A stretch of 64,000 bases of DNA, taken from IMG/VR virus record IMGVR_UViG_3300032053_000041, positions 1 to 64,000 of that record; one strand, given 5' to 3'. How positions within the stretch are numbered: the first letter of the stretch is position 1; the number at the start of each line of letters is the position of its first letter. Shown piece after piece: positions 37,956 through 47,446 of the stretch. Made by a program: the position numbers and the translations under genes. The notes under the pieces are model-generated. The model saw only the letters and a list, made by a program, of their open reading frames with translations, did no database searches and had not been told where the DNA came from. This stretch comes from a virus.

Positions 37956-38222
37956 TCAAGGCTTCTTCGGGTCGACCGCCCTCATGGCCATCTGCGAGAT
38001 CCCCTTGACATGCTCCACAGGGGTTTTATCCGGGTCGTGGGAGAGCTTTGCTGTGAGGCGCATGCGGGCGATGCGTAGGTCAAGCTGTACCTGGGGGAGT
38101 GTCTCGACCTCCTCACGAAGTTCTTCGAGCGTTGTCAGGATCCCGTCGCGATCGATCTTACCGAGGAGCGTCTCTGCCCTCTGCAGAGCGTCGATAGCCT
38201 CCTTGATGTCAGCGTCCGTCAT
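37956..38222 (-). CDS. hypothetical helical protein
   Basis: 88-aa ORF. Confidence 0.55.
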   Translation of the reverse strand: MTDADIKEAIDALQRAETLLGKIDRDGILTTLEELREEVETLPQVQLDLRIARMRLTAKLSHDPDKTPVEHVKGISQMAMRAVDPKKP

Positions 38223-38232
38223 GTTCCCGACA

Positions 38233-38802
38233 TCAGGTCAGCCACCGCCAGATGGCCCCTGCCCACCCGGCGTAGCCGGCGGCGTTCGGGTGGAGGTGAT
38301 CGGGCGAGCGGGGGATGTCCAGCTGCTCGCTCTCGAAGTAGTACGGCACAGACTCACGAATCATGTCCGACACGCCCTGGCGCGGGAACGGAAGCTCGGG
38401 CGGTCCGATCCAGACGATCTCAGCACCGGTCGCGATGAGCTTGTCGAGAAGCGCATGGAAGGCGTCCTCCTCACGGTCCACAGCGCCGGGGGATGTGGCC
38501 TCGTCGTTCGTCCCGAGGCTCACCAGGATGAGCGTTGGCTGGAAGGACGCGAGCGTCGCGTCGAGCCACGGGTCTGTGTCCCACTGGTTGATCCGGGTGC
38601 CGACGATCCCCTTGCCGGTATATGCCTCCACGCCGGCCTCGTTGGCGAGTTGCTTTAGCTGCGGGTTCAGGCCGACCGCGAGGGAGTCCCCGAACAGAAG
38701 TACGCGAGACTTCTCGTTGATCTTCGGCCGACGGGAGGCGACCGCCACGAGTCCGATCCCGCCCGCGATCAGGATGCCCCCGAGGAGCCACCGCTTGTCC
38801 AT
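38233..38802 (-). CDS. SGNH/GDSL hydrolase with N-terminal TM anchor
   Basis: LLFGDSL, SLGTND, DHLHP. Confidence 0.88.
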   Translation of the reverse strand: MDKRWLLGGILIAGGIGLVAVASRRPKINEKSRVLLFGDSLAVGLNPQLKQLANEAGVEAYTGKGIVGTRINQWDTDPWLDATLASFQPTLILVSLGTNDEATSPGAVDREEDAFHALLDKLIATGAEIVWIGPPELPFPRQGVSDMIRESVPYYFESEQLDIPRSPDHLHPNAAGYAGWAGAIWRWLT

Positions 38803-38850
38803 CGGACCGGGATGGTAGCACGGCAGCACATGCCGTAGAATCCCGCCAGG

Positions 38851-39663
38851 ATGCGCCCCCTCATCGAACTGGTCTACGAGAGCGCCCACGGCCAGCCAGT
38901 ATCTCACTGCTACGGCAGCGACTGCGGGATCGTGGAGCCGGCCTGTTCTGGCAACACGTGCGTCTACGAGGACCCGGACTGGGGGCGCTTCGAGGTCCCG
39001 CTTTCCGGCCTCGGTGCCTACGCGAACCCCTGCGGCGGCCTGCGTTGGGACACGCAGGACGACGGTCTCATCGCCGTGGAGGGTCAGGGTACGCCCGCGT
39101 TCGAGCCTGGAACGCTCCGGTTCAAGCAGATGGAGCAGACCTGGGCGAACTGGGGCAACCTGATCCTAGACGCAGCCGGTGAGCACGGCGTCCCGCCGCA
39201 GTGGGTCCTCGCCGTCATGTGCCAGGAGACCGGGCTCTGGTCCGGTAACGCGACCGAGCAGGCGAGCAAGGTCTCGTACGACGGCGGCGTCGGGCTCATG
39301 CAGATCACGGACAAGAGCCTCGGGAACCCGCAGGACATGCTGGACCCGGCGACGAACGTCTCCGTCGGAGCCCGGCTCCTGGGCAAGCTCTCGCGCGCAC
39401 GCAACGGGCAGCTGCCCGAGGTCGCAGCGAACTACAACGCCGGTGGCGTGCGGTGCGGCGCGTCGGGCAACCCGTGGGGCATGGTGATGACCGGGGACTA
39501 CGTCGGGAACGTGATCCGGTGGAACAACTCCGCCGTCATGTACCTAGACATGAGCCCGCGCCGTGGGAAAATGCTAGCCGGGCTAGCCATCGGCGCTGTC
39601 GGGCTGTACGCTGCCGCGGTGATCGCAGGACTCGCGATGATGCCGAGGTGGTTGCGGCGATGA
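38851..39663 (+). CDS. lytic transglycosylase (SLT) with C-terminal TM anchor
   Basis: AVMCQETG, GVGLMQI, ANYNAG. Confidence 0.88.
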   Translation: MRPLIELVYESAHGQPVSHCYGSDCGIVEPACSGNTCVYEDPDWGRFEVPLSGLGAYANPCGGLRWDTQDDGLIAVEGQGTPAFEPGTLRFKQMEQTWANWGNLILDAAGEHGVPPQWVLAVMCQETGLWSGNATEQASKVSYDGGVGLMQITDKSLGNPQDMLDPATNVSVGARLLGKLSRARNGQLPEVAANYNAGGVRCGASGNPWGMVMTGDYVGNVIRWNNSAVMYLDMSPRRGKMLAGLAIGAVGLYAAAVIAGLAMMPRWLRR

Positions 39664-40901
39664 TGTACTACGAACCGAACGCTCCCATCGACCGCCTCCG
39701 CTGGGTGGCGAAGACGTACGAGCACATGCCGGTCGTGACGTACGAGACGATCCGGGTCGCGCTGAACACGCTCGGGCTCGATCACCTCTACATGGAGAAC
39801 GCACTGTTCGACGGAACCGGAGATGGGACGTGGGGGGCCGCGAGCGGACACTACGAGAGTATGTCGAGGGCGCACTTCGGGTTCGCGCGTGGCGGGCGGG
39901 GCGCTCTTACTGCGCAGCGGGTCTCGGAACTTCTCACGATGCTGGAGCCGGAGCTTCCGTCCGACACGGAGTACGACTTCCTCTTCCCTTGGGTCGCCGC
40001 GCAGCTAGGACCGATCGCGAAGCGGACGCAGCGCGCCTGGAAACAGGAGCAGGAGGGTCGCATCACGCATGCTCACGTGATGCACTGGTACGACGAAGCC
40101 CCGCTCTTCATCGACATGTCCGACGCTCTTCGACAGCGCGGCGCCGCCATCGCTCAGTGGGCTCTCGCGAATCGCATCGATCTCGGTAGGGTGACGGCCG
40201 CCGAGGCGATCGGGGCCGCGAAGAACTTCAAGGTCGTCGTCCGTGTCCCGCAGGGCCCCGTCGTCTTCGACTTCGGCGATGGGTGGACTGTGCAGGAGCT
40301 TCCGCCGGAAGCGCTCGAAGCCGAGGGCAAGGTGATGCAGCACTGCGTCGGCACGTACTGCGAGCAGGTGCGCGCGGGCGAGACCGTGATCTACAGCCTT
40401 CGTGATCCGCAGGGGCAGCCGCATGTGACCATGGAGGTGGCTCCCGATGTGCCGGGCCTGGCCGAGTCGATGTCTCAATTCGGGTATCCCACAGGGAGAT
40501 TCCAGCAGATTTACGGCAAGCAGAACGAGCCACCGAAGGACGAGTACGCCGCGAGGGTACGTGCGTTCATTCGGGACAAGTTCAACGGGGAGCTTGGGGC
40601 GATGCTTATGACGGGTGCAGACCCGAAGAGTTTGGATCTGCGAGGCGCGAACCTGACCGGCGCGGACCTGTTCCGCGCGAACCTGAACGGCGCGGACCTG
40701 ACCGGCGCGGACCTGAGCGACGCGAATTTGAGCGACGCGAATCTGAGGTACGCGAACCTGACCGGCGCGAACCTGACCGGCGCGAACCTGTTCCACGCGG
40801 CCCTGACCGCCGCGAACCTGACCGGCGCGGATCTGACCGGCGCGAACCTGTTCCGCGCGGACCTGACCGGCGCGCGTACAGAAGGGACGACCGGCCTGTG
40901 A
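39660..40901 (+). CDS. PcfJ-like domain fused to pentapeptide repeats
   Basis: LEAEGKVMQHCVGTY...IYSLRD...HVTMEV; A(N/D)LxG repeats. Confidence 0.8.
   Translation: MMYYEPNAPIDRLRWVAKTYEHMPVVTYETIRVALNTLGLDHLYMENALFDGTGDGTWGAASGHYESMSRAHFGFARGGRGALTAQRVSELLTMLEPELPSDTEYDFLFPWVAAQLGPIAKRTQRAWKQEQEGRITHAHVMHWYDEAPLFIDMSDALRQRGAAIAQWALANRIDLGRVTAAEAIGAAKNFKVVVRVPQGPVVFDFGDGWTVQELPPEALEAEGKVMQHCVGTYCEQVRAGETVIYSLRDPQGQPHVTMEVAPDVPGLAESMSQFGYPTGRFQQIYGKQNEPPKDEYAARVRAFIRDKFNGELGAMLMTGADPKSLDLRGANLTGADLFRANLNGADLTGADLSDANLSDANLRYANLTGANLTGANLFHAALTAANLTGADLTGANLFRADLTGARTEGTTGL
40637..40877 (+). repeat. 15-bp pentapeptide-repeat array
   Basis: About 16 GCG(A/G)ACCTGACCGGC-like units. Confidence 0.85.
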
Positions 40902-41077
40902 CCTACGAGTACGAGTGCACCGCCTGCAAGCACACGTGGGAGGCCGAGCAGAAGATCACGGCGAAGCCGCTGCGCGTGTGCCCGCTCTGCGGGAAGAGCG
41001 CGGCGAAGCGTCTGATCTCCGGCAAGGGAGCGTTCGTGTTGAACGGCGAAGGCTGGTTCAAGAGCGGCGGATATTAG
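40898..41077 (+). CDS. FmdB-family zinc-ribbon protein
   Basis: TYEYECTACKH...CPLCG...KRLIS...FVLNGEGWFK. Confidence 0.85.
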   Translation: MTYEYECTACKHTWEAEQKITAKPLRVCPLCGKSAAKRLISGKGAFVLNGEGWFKSGGY

Positions 41078-41081
41078 TACT

Positions 41082-41516
41082 ATGCTGAAAGCGATCATCA
41101 TGCGCGGGCTTCCCGGATGCGGGAAGAGCACGCTGGCCGCGGACCTGGCGCGTGAGGAACCGTTGGAGGTCTTCTCGACCGACGACTACTTCGGCGACCC
41201 GTACACATTCGACCCGAGCAAGATCGGTGAGGCACATTCCTGGAACCTGCGTCGCTGGATCGAGGCGGCGCAGCGAGGCGTGAGCAACATCGCGTGCGCG
41301 AACACGAACATCCACGTCTCAGAGATCGCTCCGTACTGGGCGACGGCAGCGGCCTACGGCTACGAGCCGGTGATCATGCAGCTGGACTGTGACCCAGAGG
41401 TCTCCATCGCGCGGAACGTCCACAACGTACCGGAGCACGTCATTCGGAGCATGTACGCGAAGATGCCACAGGAGGAGAAGTCCCTGCCGCCCTGGTGGAC
41501 CCTGGAGCATGTATGA
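41082..41516 (+). CDS. P-loop nucleotide/polynucleotide kinase (AAA_33-like)
   Basis: MRGLPGCGKST, STDDYF, NTN, RNVHNVP. Confidence 0.85.
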   Translation: MLKAIIMRGLPGCGKSTLAADLAREEPLEVFSTDDYFGDPYTFDPSKIGEAHSWNLRRWIEAAQRGVSNIACANTNIHVSEIAPYWATAAAYGYEPVIMQLDCDPEVSIARNVHNVPEHVIRSMYAKMPQEEKSLPPWWTLEHV

Positions 41517-41776
41517 CCGACGACGTGAAAGCGTGGCTCGCCGAAGCCGCCCCTGACGCCCTCCTCGCCGACGGCTTCGAGGACGCGATCCTCGGCATCG
41601 TCGAGCGCGTGGGGCAGCCAGCGATCGTGATCTACGACCGCGAGAAGTGCATCGAGATCCTCATGGCCGACGGCACAGACCGGGACGAGGCCGAAGAATA
41701 TTTTGAATTTAACACCAGTGGCGCGTGGGTCGGGAACGCGACCCCAGGCTTCCTTGTGCGGCTGCCGGGGGCGTAA
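41513..41776 (+). CDS. conserved phage hypothetical protein
   Basis: LADGFEDAILG...IYDREKCI...EAEEYFEFN..GAWVG..TP. Confidence 0.75.
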   Translation: MTDDVKAWLAEAAPDALLADGFEDAILGIVERVGQPAIVIYDREKCIEILMADGTDRDEAEEYFEFNTSGAWVGNATPGFLVRLPGA

Positions 41777-42297
41777 TGACCCGCGGCGTTCGTATCCCGC
41801 TGACCCAGGGCCTCTACGCGCTGGTCGACGCCGTGGACGCGCCGATGGTCCGCGAGTTCACCTGGCATGTGAAGACGAAGTCGTCGCAACCGGACAAGGT
41901 CTACGCGCAGACCACGTTCCGCACGCGCGACGGCGAGAAGCGATCCATCGTGCTACATCGACTGATCGCCGATGTCGCCCCCGGCAAGCTCGTGGATCAT
42001 GTGTCCGGCGACACGCTTGACTGCCGACGGAAGAACCTTCGCATCACGTCTGCGCGAGGGAACGCCACGAACATCACGCACTCTGCGAACCAGCGTCGCG
42101 GAGGCTACAAGGGCGTGAGTTACAACAAGAACGCCGGCAAGTGGGAGGCACATATCGCCGCTGGTGCCGTGAGGGAGAGCGGACGGAAGAGCAAGATCCA
42201 CCTGGGCCTGTTCGACGACCCGAAGAAGGCCGCCAAGGCATATGACGCGGCTGCGCGGGAGTGCTACGGGGAGTTCGCGTCGCTCAACTTCCCGTGA
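41776..42297 (+). CDS. HNH endonuclease with AP2 domain
   Basis: LHRLI, VDHVSGDTLDCRRKNLR, YKGVS, KWEAHI, HLGLF, AAKAYD. Confidence 0.9.
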   Translation: MTRGVRIPLTQGLYALVDAVDAPMVREFTWHVKTKSSQPDKVYAQTTFRTRDGEKRSIVLHRLIADVAPGKLVDHVSGDTLDCRRKNLRITSARGNATNITHSANQRRGGYKGVSYNKNAGKWEAHIAAGAVRESGRKSKIHLGLFDDPKKAAKAYDAAARECYGEFASLNFP

Positions 42298-42902
42298 GCG
42301 GCGAGCAGCTTGGTCGCGCTCTCGTGGAACAGAGCCGTGACCGCGTACACGCTGCCCATGCGGATCTTGCTCTGGAGGATCTCCAGCACCTCTGGGTCGG
42401 TCGTGAGCCTCCTCCCTGCGTTCCAGCCGCCATCCCAGGAGTGCTGCCCCGTGTTCGGCATGAACGCAGCGCGCTCGGTCATCAGCATCGTGAGGTCGGC
42501 CTGCTTGATGATCTTCTTCTGCCCGTACGTCAGAGGCGGCAGTCCGCACGCTGCCAGGATTGTTTCATGCACGGACCGCTCGATGCTGTCGAACCACGTG
42601 CGACCGTCGCCTTCGGACTCGCGCATCGCCCACTTCATCGGCGCTGACACGTCCCCCACGTACGCCTCTGCGGCGTCGTGCAGCAGCGCGTGGGCGAGCA
42701 GCAGCTTGTCGTCCGGGTACTCGCGCTCCACGAGCCGAAGCACATGCAGAGAATGTTCCCCGACCGAGTAGCACTCCGACGTGTGTCCCGTGAACCGGTT
42801 GATCCGCGCGAGGGCGTGAGCGATGTCCGCCAGGTCTACCTGATCGGACTTCGGTTCGAGCAGATCGAAGCGCTTGCCGCTGAAGGTCTCGATCCAGGTC
42901 AT
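42264..42902 (-). CDS. HD-domain nucleotide phosphohydrolase (YfdR-like)
   Basis: DIAHALARINRFTGH, YSVGEHS, LLHDAAEAYVGD. Confidence 0.88.
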   Translation of the reverse strand: MTWIETFSGKRFDLLEPKSDQVDLADIAHALARINRFTGHTSECYSVGEHSLHVLRLVEREYPDDKLLLAHALLHDAAEAYVGDVSAPMKWAMRESEGDGRTWFDSIERSVHETILAACGLPPLTYGQKKIIKQADLTMLMTERAAFMPNTGQHSWDGGWNAGRRLTTDPEVLEILQSKIRMGSVYAVTALFHESATKLLAAHGKLSDANSP

Positions 42903-43074
42903 GTGTCGGCTCCCTGGTAGACGAGCGCGAGCACGGTCGCGCCAGCCGCCGCCGCTCGCTCCTTGGCCTCCGCGTCGGCCTGGTCCGGCGTGTGCGCCGC
43001 GAGAGGCACGTCGAACGACGCCGTTTCGCCCTGTTTGAGCAGCCGTGCCGCCCAGTCCTGATGCTCCAGTTTCT

Positions 43075-43338
43075 TCATGTGCTCTCCTGCTGCGTGATGC
43101 AGCGCTGCTGGATGTCGGTACACAAGGCCCACATTTCTTCTTCCGAGGTGACTTTGTCGCTGCGGGTCAGCACTGCGAACACAAACTTGGACACTTCGTC
43201 GTCCACAATCTCGTGAACGGCACGCGCCGAGAGTCGCGGAAACTGAATCCGCGCGAGTCGCCTAATTTCGGACACAGAGGGAGCGAGCAGTGTGCGCGCC
43301 TTGGTGATCCATTCTTTCTCGTCAGGCTGATTCAACAT
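43075..43338 (-). CDS. hypothetical protein
   Basis: MLNQPDE... in the coupled operon. Confidence 0.45.
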   Translation of the reverse strand: MLNQPDEKEWITKARTLLAPSVSEIRRLARIQFPRLSARAVHEIVDDEVSKFVFAVLTRSDKVTSEEEMWALCTDIQQRCITQQEST

Positions 43339-43542
43339 GTGTCTCGGCCCCTTCCTACTTGTTGTGGTTAGACGCGCCACTGGCAAACTCCTTCACTGCT
43401 CGCCAGAACGCGATCGTGTCCGGGTCCGTGCAGGTGGCTAGCAGGTGCTCGACCGTTGCCGCGAACTCGCCAGGGCTCCTGCGTAGCTGTGCCTGCATCT
43501 GCTCGGCCGTGACCTTGACCAGCAGCGTTGACTGCTTCGGTG

Positions 43543-44337
43543 TCATGTGTCCACGTACCCCGGAGGCAGGCACAGGACCGTCTCGGCGCTGCTAAGCGCC
43601 ATCAGGGCGACGACATCCAGCGGCTCGCTCGGGTGTCCGCTGTGGCGCGCATGCCGCAGCGAGTAGCCGGAGCTAACCAGGGCCTCATACATTCCCCGGT
43701 GCCCGTCGCTCCTGGCATGTTCCAGGAACATGATGGGGTGGAGTTTGAGAAGCTCGGTGGCCCCAGCGAGCACCTGTGGCTCGAAGCCCTCGACATCGAT
43801 CTTGATGATGATCGCGCCAGGGGCGTCGATGAGCGACCATGAGGACTTCCCCCGGAAGACGACGTCGTCGAGCCGAACGACTTTGCAGGCGTCGTCGCAG
43901 ACCGCTGGTGCCTGCCAACGCAGCGGCACGACATGTGCGCCACCCATCTCCTCCGGATTCACGACAAGCTCCATCGTGCCCTCCTCTGCCCCGCACGCCG
44001 CCTCCGTCAGCGTCACCCAGTCCTTGTAGCCGTTGACCATAATGGTCTTGCGCAGGAGCGCCGCCATCCTCGGATTCGGCTCGAACGAGAACACATGCCC
44101 TGCGCCGAGCCCGCAGGCCAGGAGCGTGTACCAGCCGACGTTTGCGCCGACGTCGATGAACGTGCAGCCCTTGTGCTTCTGCAGGAATGTAGCCATGCAG
44201 TTCGTGACCCAGGGCTCCCAGTCGCCTTCCAGCATGATGTGCGGCGCGAGAGACACGTCCCGCGTGTCCACGTAAATCTTCGCCCCCCACTTCGTCGTGG
44301 CCAGGGCGGTGTAGTCCCCGCAGTAGATGGCGGTCAC
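43543..44337 (-). CDS. FkbM-family SAM-dependent methyltransferase
   Basis: FIDVGANVGWYT, SFEPNP, IKIDVEGFE. Confidence 0.88.
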   Translation of the reverse strand: MTAIYCGDYTALATTKWGAKIYVDTRDVSLAPHIMLEGDWEPWVTNCMATFLQKHKGCTFIDVGANVGWYTLLACGLGAGHVFSFEPNPRMAALLRKTIMVNGYKDWVTLTEAACGAEEGTMELVVNPEEMGGAHVVPLRWQAPAVCDDACKVVRLDDVVFRGKSSWSLIDAPGAIIIKIDVEGFEPQVLAGATELLKLHPIMFLEHARSDGHRGMYEALVSSGYSLRHARHSGHPSEPLDVVALMALSSAETVLCLPPGYVDT

Positions 44338-44720
44338 GATCGAGCCTTCCGCTTGGGAGCCACGCGCTTCTTCGAGTCGCGCCGCGGCTTCGACGCGGTG
44401 GCCGGCGGATACGTCCACTCCTTGATGATTGCCTCGGTCGCTATGATCAAGCTCTCGTTCGGGATGGCTGCGGCCAGCGAATGCGCCAAGCCGATGTCCG
44501 TGATGTTCTTCCCATCCGGTTCTGGTCGGTTTGCCAGTACCAGTTCGATGCCGCGCGCCGCCGCCAGCAAAGCCGCAAGCGTTGAGGCTGGCGCTGTCGT
44601 GGCGCTCCCAGCCGCACGCAGCACGTTTACAAACGTGTCGAATGTCGTCTCGTGATCAGCGAAGCCCGGCACGCAGAGCTTCGGTGTCCTCTTCTTCGCA
44701 GCCTTCTTCTTGGTCGCCAT
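44334..44720 (-). CDS. hypothetical protein
   Basis: MATKKKAAKK start, AAGGAAG RBS. Confidence 0.55.
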   Translation of the reverse strand: MATKKKAAKKRTPKLCVPGFADHETTFDTFVNVLRAAGSATTAPASTLAALLAAARGIELVLANRPEPDGKNITDIGLAHSLAAAIPNESLIIATEAIIKEWTYPPATASKPRRDSKKRVAPKRKARS

Positions 44721-44722
44721 GC

Positions 44723-45070
44723 TCACTTCCTTTCCAGCGTCTTCCGGCGCTTCAGTTCTCGATCCGCGCAGCAGCGCACGCAGAGCCCGAGCTTGTCCGC
44801 GCACTCGTTGCACAGGCGCGGGACGCCCGTGTTCGCGTGGCAGTCCTCCTTGCCGCACGACCAGCAGTTCCAGTCGGTGAACGCCTGCCCGGCAAAGCTG
44901 CTCCGGTAGAAGCACCAGCGGCACTCACGGTCCTTCTGGCGCGCCTCGCGCCGCGAGTCTGTGCGGCACTCCTCGGTGCGACGCTCCGTTTCCGCGATGT
45001 ACGCGAGATGCCGCTCCGTGGTGCTCTGTACCATGTACAGGTCGAGCGGTTTTGGTGGTGACGCCTTCAT
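44723..45070 (-). CDS. Cys-rich zinc-binding protein
   Basis: Four CxxC. Confidence 0.65.
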   Translation of the reverse strand: MKASPPKPLDLYMVQSTTERHLAYIAETERRTEECRTDSRREARQKDRECRWCFYRSSFAGQAFTDWNCWSCGKEDCHANTGVPRLCNECADKLGLCVRCCADRELKRRKTLERK

Positions 45071-45450
45071 CCGGTCCTCCTCTTTCCTTGTTGTGGCTTC
45101 TGTGCCTCGTACATCTCGTCGAACGAATCGAACACCGGCGCGTCCATGTCGAGCTTGCGCGGGTCGTACATGCCCAGGCGCTCCGCGATGCGCGTCATCT
45201 GTGACGAGCGCCCGAGCTTCTCCAGCAGGATGAGCGCCCCCGCGCAGTGGATCTCTCCGCCGTGCGGAATGTACGGGGCCCCATTGAACTCGTCCTCGTC
45301 GTCATGTGACGTGGTCTTGTGACAGGGGAACTCGGAGCGCACGAGCGAGCACTCGATCTCGCGGATACGTGCCGGCACGAGATACGGCTTGATGTCGCTC
45401 CTGAACGGGCAGTTCACGCACGGCGTCGTGAGCGAGTACGGTCCTTTCAC
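45067..45450 (-). CDS. conserved Cys/His phage protein
   Basis: PCVNCPFR, FPCHKT, HCAGALI. Confidence 0.7.
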   Translation of the reverse strand: MKGPYSLTTPCVNCPFRSDIKPYLVPARIREIECSLVRSEFPCHKTTSHDDEDEFNGAPYIPHGGEIHCAGALILLEKLGRSSQMTRIAERLGMYDPRKLDMDAPVFDSFDEMYEAQKPQQGKRRTG

Positions 45451-46108
45451 GTGACGCTCCGCGTGACGTCGAAGACGTGGAACACGAGCGTGTAGACGAG
45501 CGTCGGGTGGTCGTGGATCTCACTGTTGTACGGGTCGGCCCCGATGATGACGGGTTCGCCCGGTGTCTTGCAGTAGACGTTGGAGCACTTGCTGTTGAGC
45601 CACTCGTCCTTCGTGAAGGTGCGCTCGCTCCTGTTGCCACTGCGCTTGAACACTGCCTTCGGCATGTGGCTACTCCGGGAACCACTCACACCGTAGTGCG
45701 CCGCGCCTGCGCAGTGCCTCGATCACGCCCTCGTCGCCGTCCGCTTCGAGCAGCGCTTCCGCGCGAGCCACCTTGGCGTCCATGCGCTCCATCGCAGCGA
45801 GGATGGCGCTCTCGGTGAGCAGCACTCGTGCGTCCCCCGGCTCGGGCATTGGCCCGTCGTCGCTCTCGTACACGAGCTTCATCGCGTCCTCCTTCCGTTC
45901 TCCCATGTCAGACACCGCCGACATGCCCGCGCGGTCGCAGGCAACGCGCGCTGAACCTGCCCCGAGAGCATCCCGCGCATGCCACATACGGGTCGCGCGT
46001 TGGCGACGAGCCCGTACGCCGGCTCTGCCATGAGCAGGTGCATCACACCCGTCTCGTCGCCGTGTCGCCCACGCGACTTGCCCGAGCACCAGCCCAGCAC
46101 CTCGCGCG

Positions 46109-46606
46109 TCACGGTGCTCCTCCGTACGCCGGCAGCATCGCCGGCATGTTCCCTGTGCTGTACGCCTCGGCGATGCGAGGCGAGATCGTCTCCTGCACGG
46201 TGCGCCCGTCTGGCAGAAGTATGTCCGCCATGAACTCGCGCTCCAGCGTGGACGAGCCGTCCGCGATCAGTTCGAGCTTGGCCTTCACACAGAGCAGGAG
46301 CCCGCGCCACCGCTGGCGCTCCGTCTGCACGACCTGTGTGCGCAACCACTTGTCCCGTTGCGAGGCGTTCCACGCGCGCCAGCCACGCGGCGGGTCCGCC
46401 TCGGACTGTGCCCGCAGCGCGGCGTACGTCGGGAAGTTCATGGACAGCTTCACCTGCCGACCCCCGAGCGCGAAGATCACGACCGCGAGCCCGCGTATCT
46501 CGTCGTTCATCAGGGCGCGCTGATGTGCCCCAGACTTCCCGAGCAGCGCGTCGAGCGCTCCCTTCGACCGCTCGACACTCACACCTGTGTTTGCTGCGTA
46601 GCGCAT
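46109..46606 (-). CDS. conserved phage hypothetical protein
   Basis: YAANTGVSVERS...RQRWRGLLLCVKAKLE...EREFMADILLPDGRTV. Confidence 0.75.
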   Translation of the reverse strand: MRYAANTGVSVERSKGALDALLGKSGAHQRALMNDEIRGLAVVIFALGGRQVKLSMNFPTYAALRAQSEADPPRGWRAWNASQRDKWLRTQVVQTERQRWRGLLLCVKAKLELIADGSSTLEREFMADILLPDGRTVQETISPRIAEAYSTGNMPAMLPAYGGAP

Positions 46607-46617
46607 GGTTCCTCCTC

Positions 46618-47142
46618 TCACTCCAGGGTAAACGGGTTGCTGTCTCTTTGTTCTGGCGCCTTCCAGGTCTTCGCCGCCTCGGCGTCCCGATCGATCAGAG
46701 CCTTCCGCTGCCACGCATCGTCGCAGAGCGCGAGAATCACCTTGTCAGAGACGTCCTCGTAGCACTGGCTAGCCACCGTGTACAGATTCGGTGTGACGTC
46801 CTCGATCCTCTGCCCCTTCCTTCGGAGGTAGTTGATCACTTCCTTGTCGATCGCGACGGAGCGGCGGTACTCCGCCAGGTCTTCCGCCGACACATGCTTT
46901 CCACGGTCGGCGTAGTCGCCCGAGATCACGATCGGATCTCCGGTCCACGAGCCGATGAGCGGGCTCTCGCTGCGTAGATCCCCCTCGCCTCGCCCGTTGC
47001 CGTCTGCGAGCAGGACCGCGAGGCCCATCATGGTCCCGGCGCCAGTGACTCCGAACTCCAAGAGCTTGAGCCCGTCGCCGAACTTGCGCGCGTTGAGGTA
47101 CTGTCGCTTCCTCGTGTTCACCACGAGGTAATGCTGGCCCAT
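46618..47142 (-). CDS. conserved phage hypothetical protein
   Basis: MGQHYLVVNTRKRQYL...KLLE...GSWTGDPIVISGDY. Confidence 0.75.
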   Translation of the reverse strand: MGQHYLVVNTRKRQYLNARKFGDGLKLLEFGVTGAGTMMGLAVLLADGNGRGEGDLRSESPLIGSWTGDPIVISGDYADRGKHVSAEDLAEYRRSVAIDKEVINYLRRKGQRIEDVTPNLYTVASQCYEDVSDKVILALCDDAWQRKALIDRDAEAAKTWKAPEQRDSNPFTLE

Positions 47143-47146
47143 GTAC

Positions 47147-47446
47147 CTACGCCGCCTTCTGTGCGGCCGACAGGATCTCGGACAGCGAGCGCTCAGCGAA
47201 CGCCTTCGCGGCGGCGAGCGTGGAGGAATGTGTCTCGTCGTGGATCACGCCGTCGCTCCAAAGCTCGTAGTACGGCGCGGCGTTCTCCTTCGCGGGTCGA
47301 TGCACGATCATCAGGAACATGTCGGCGCTCTTCGCGCCCCACACAGTCCCGGCTCCCGGTCCGCTCGGCAGCTTGCCTTCGATCCAGCGCAGCTTGCGCG
47401 GCTGCGCCTTCTTCGTCTTCGCCTTCGTTGCCTTGGTCTTCGCCAT
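47147..47446 (-). CDS. hypothetical protein
   Basis: AGGAGG RBS. Confidence 0.55.
   Translation of the reverse strand: MAKTKATKAKTKKAQPRKLRWIEGKLPSGPGAGTVWGAKSADMFLMIVHRPAKENAAPYYELWSDGVIHDETHSSTLAAAKAFAERSLSEILSAAQKAA

Noticed and set aside
41776-42297. HNH-AP2 gene as part of an intron or intein
   Set aside because: Free-standing at a convergent junction; the flanking genes are intact.
41082-44337. Z-base or other hypermodified-base pathway (kinase + HD hydrolase + MTase)
   Set aside because: No PurZ, DNA polymerase, thymidylate-synthase-like or glycosyltransferase gene seen; these enzymes are common singly in phages.
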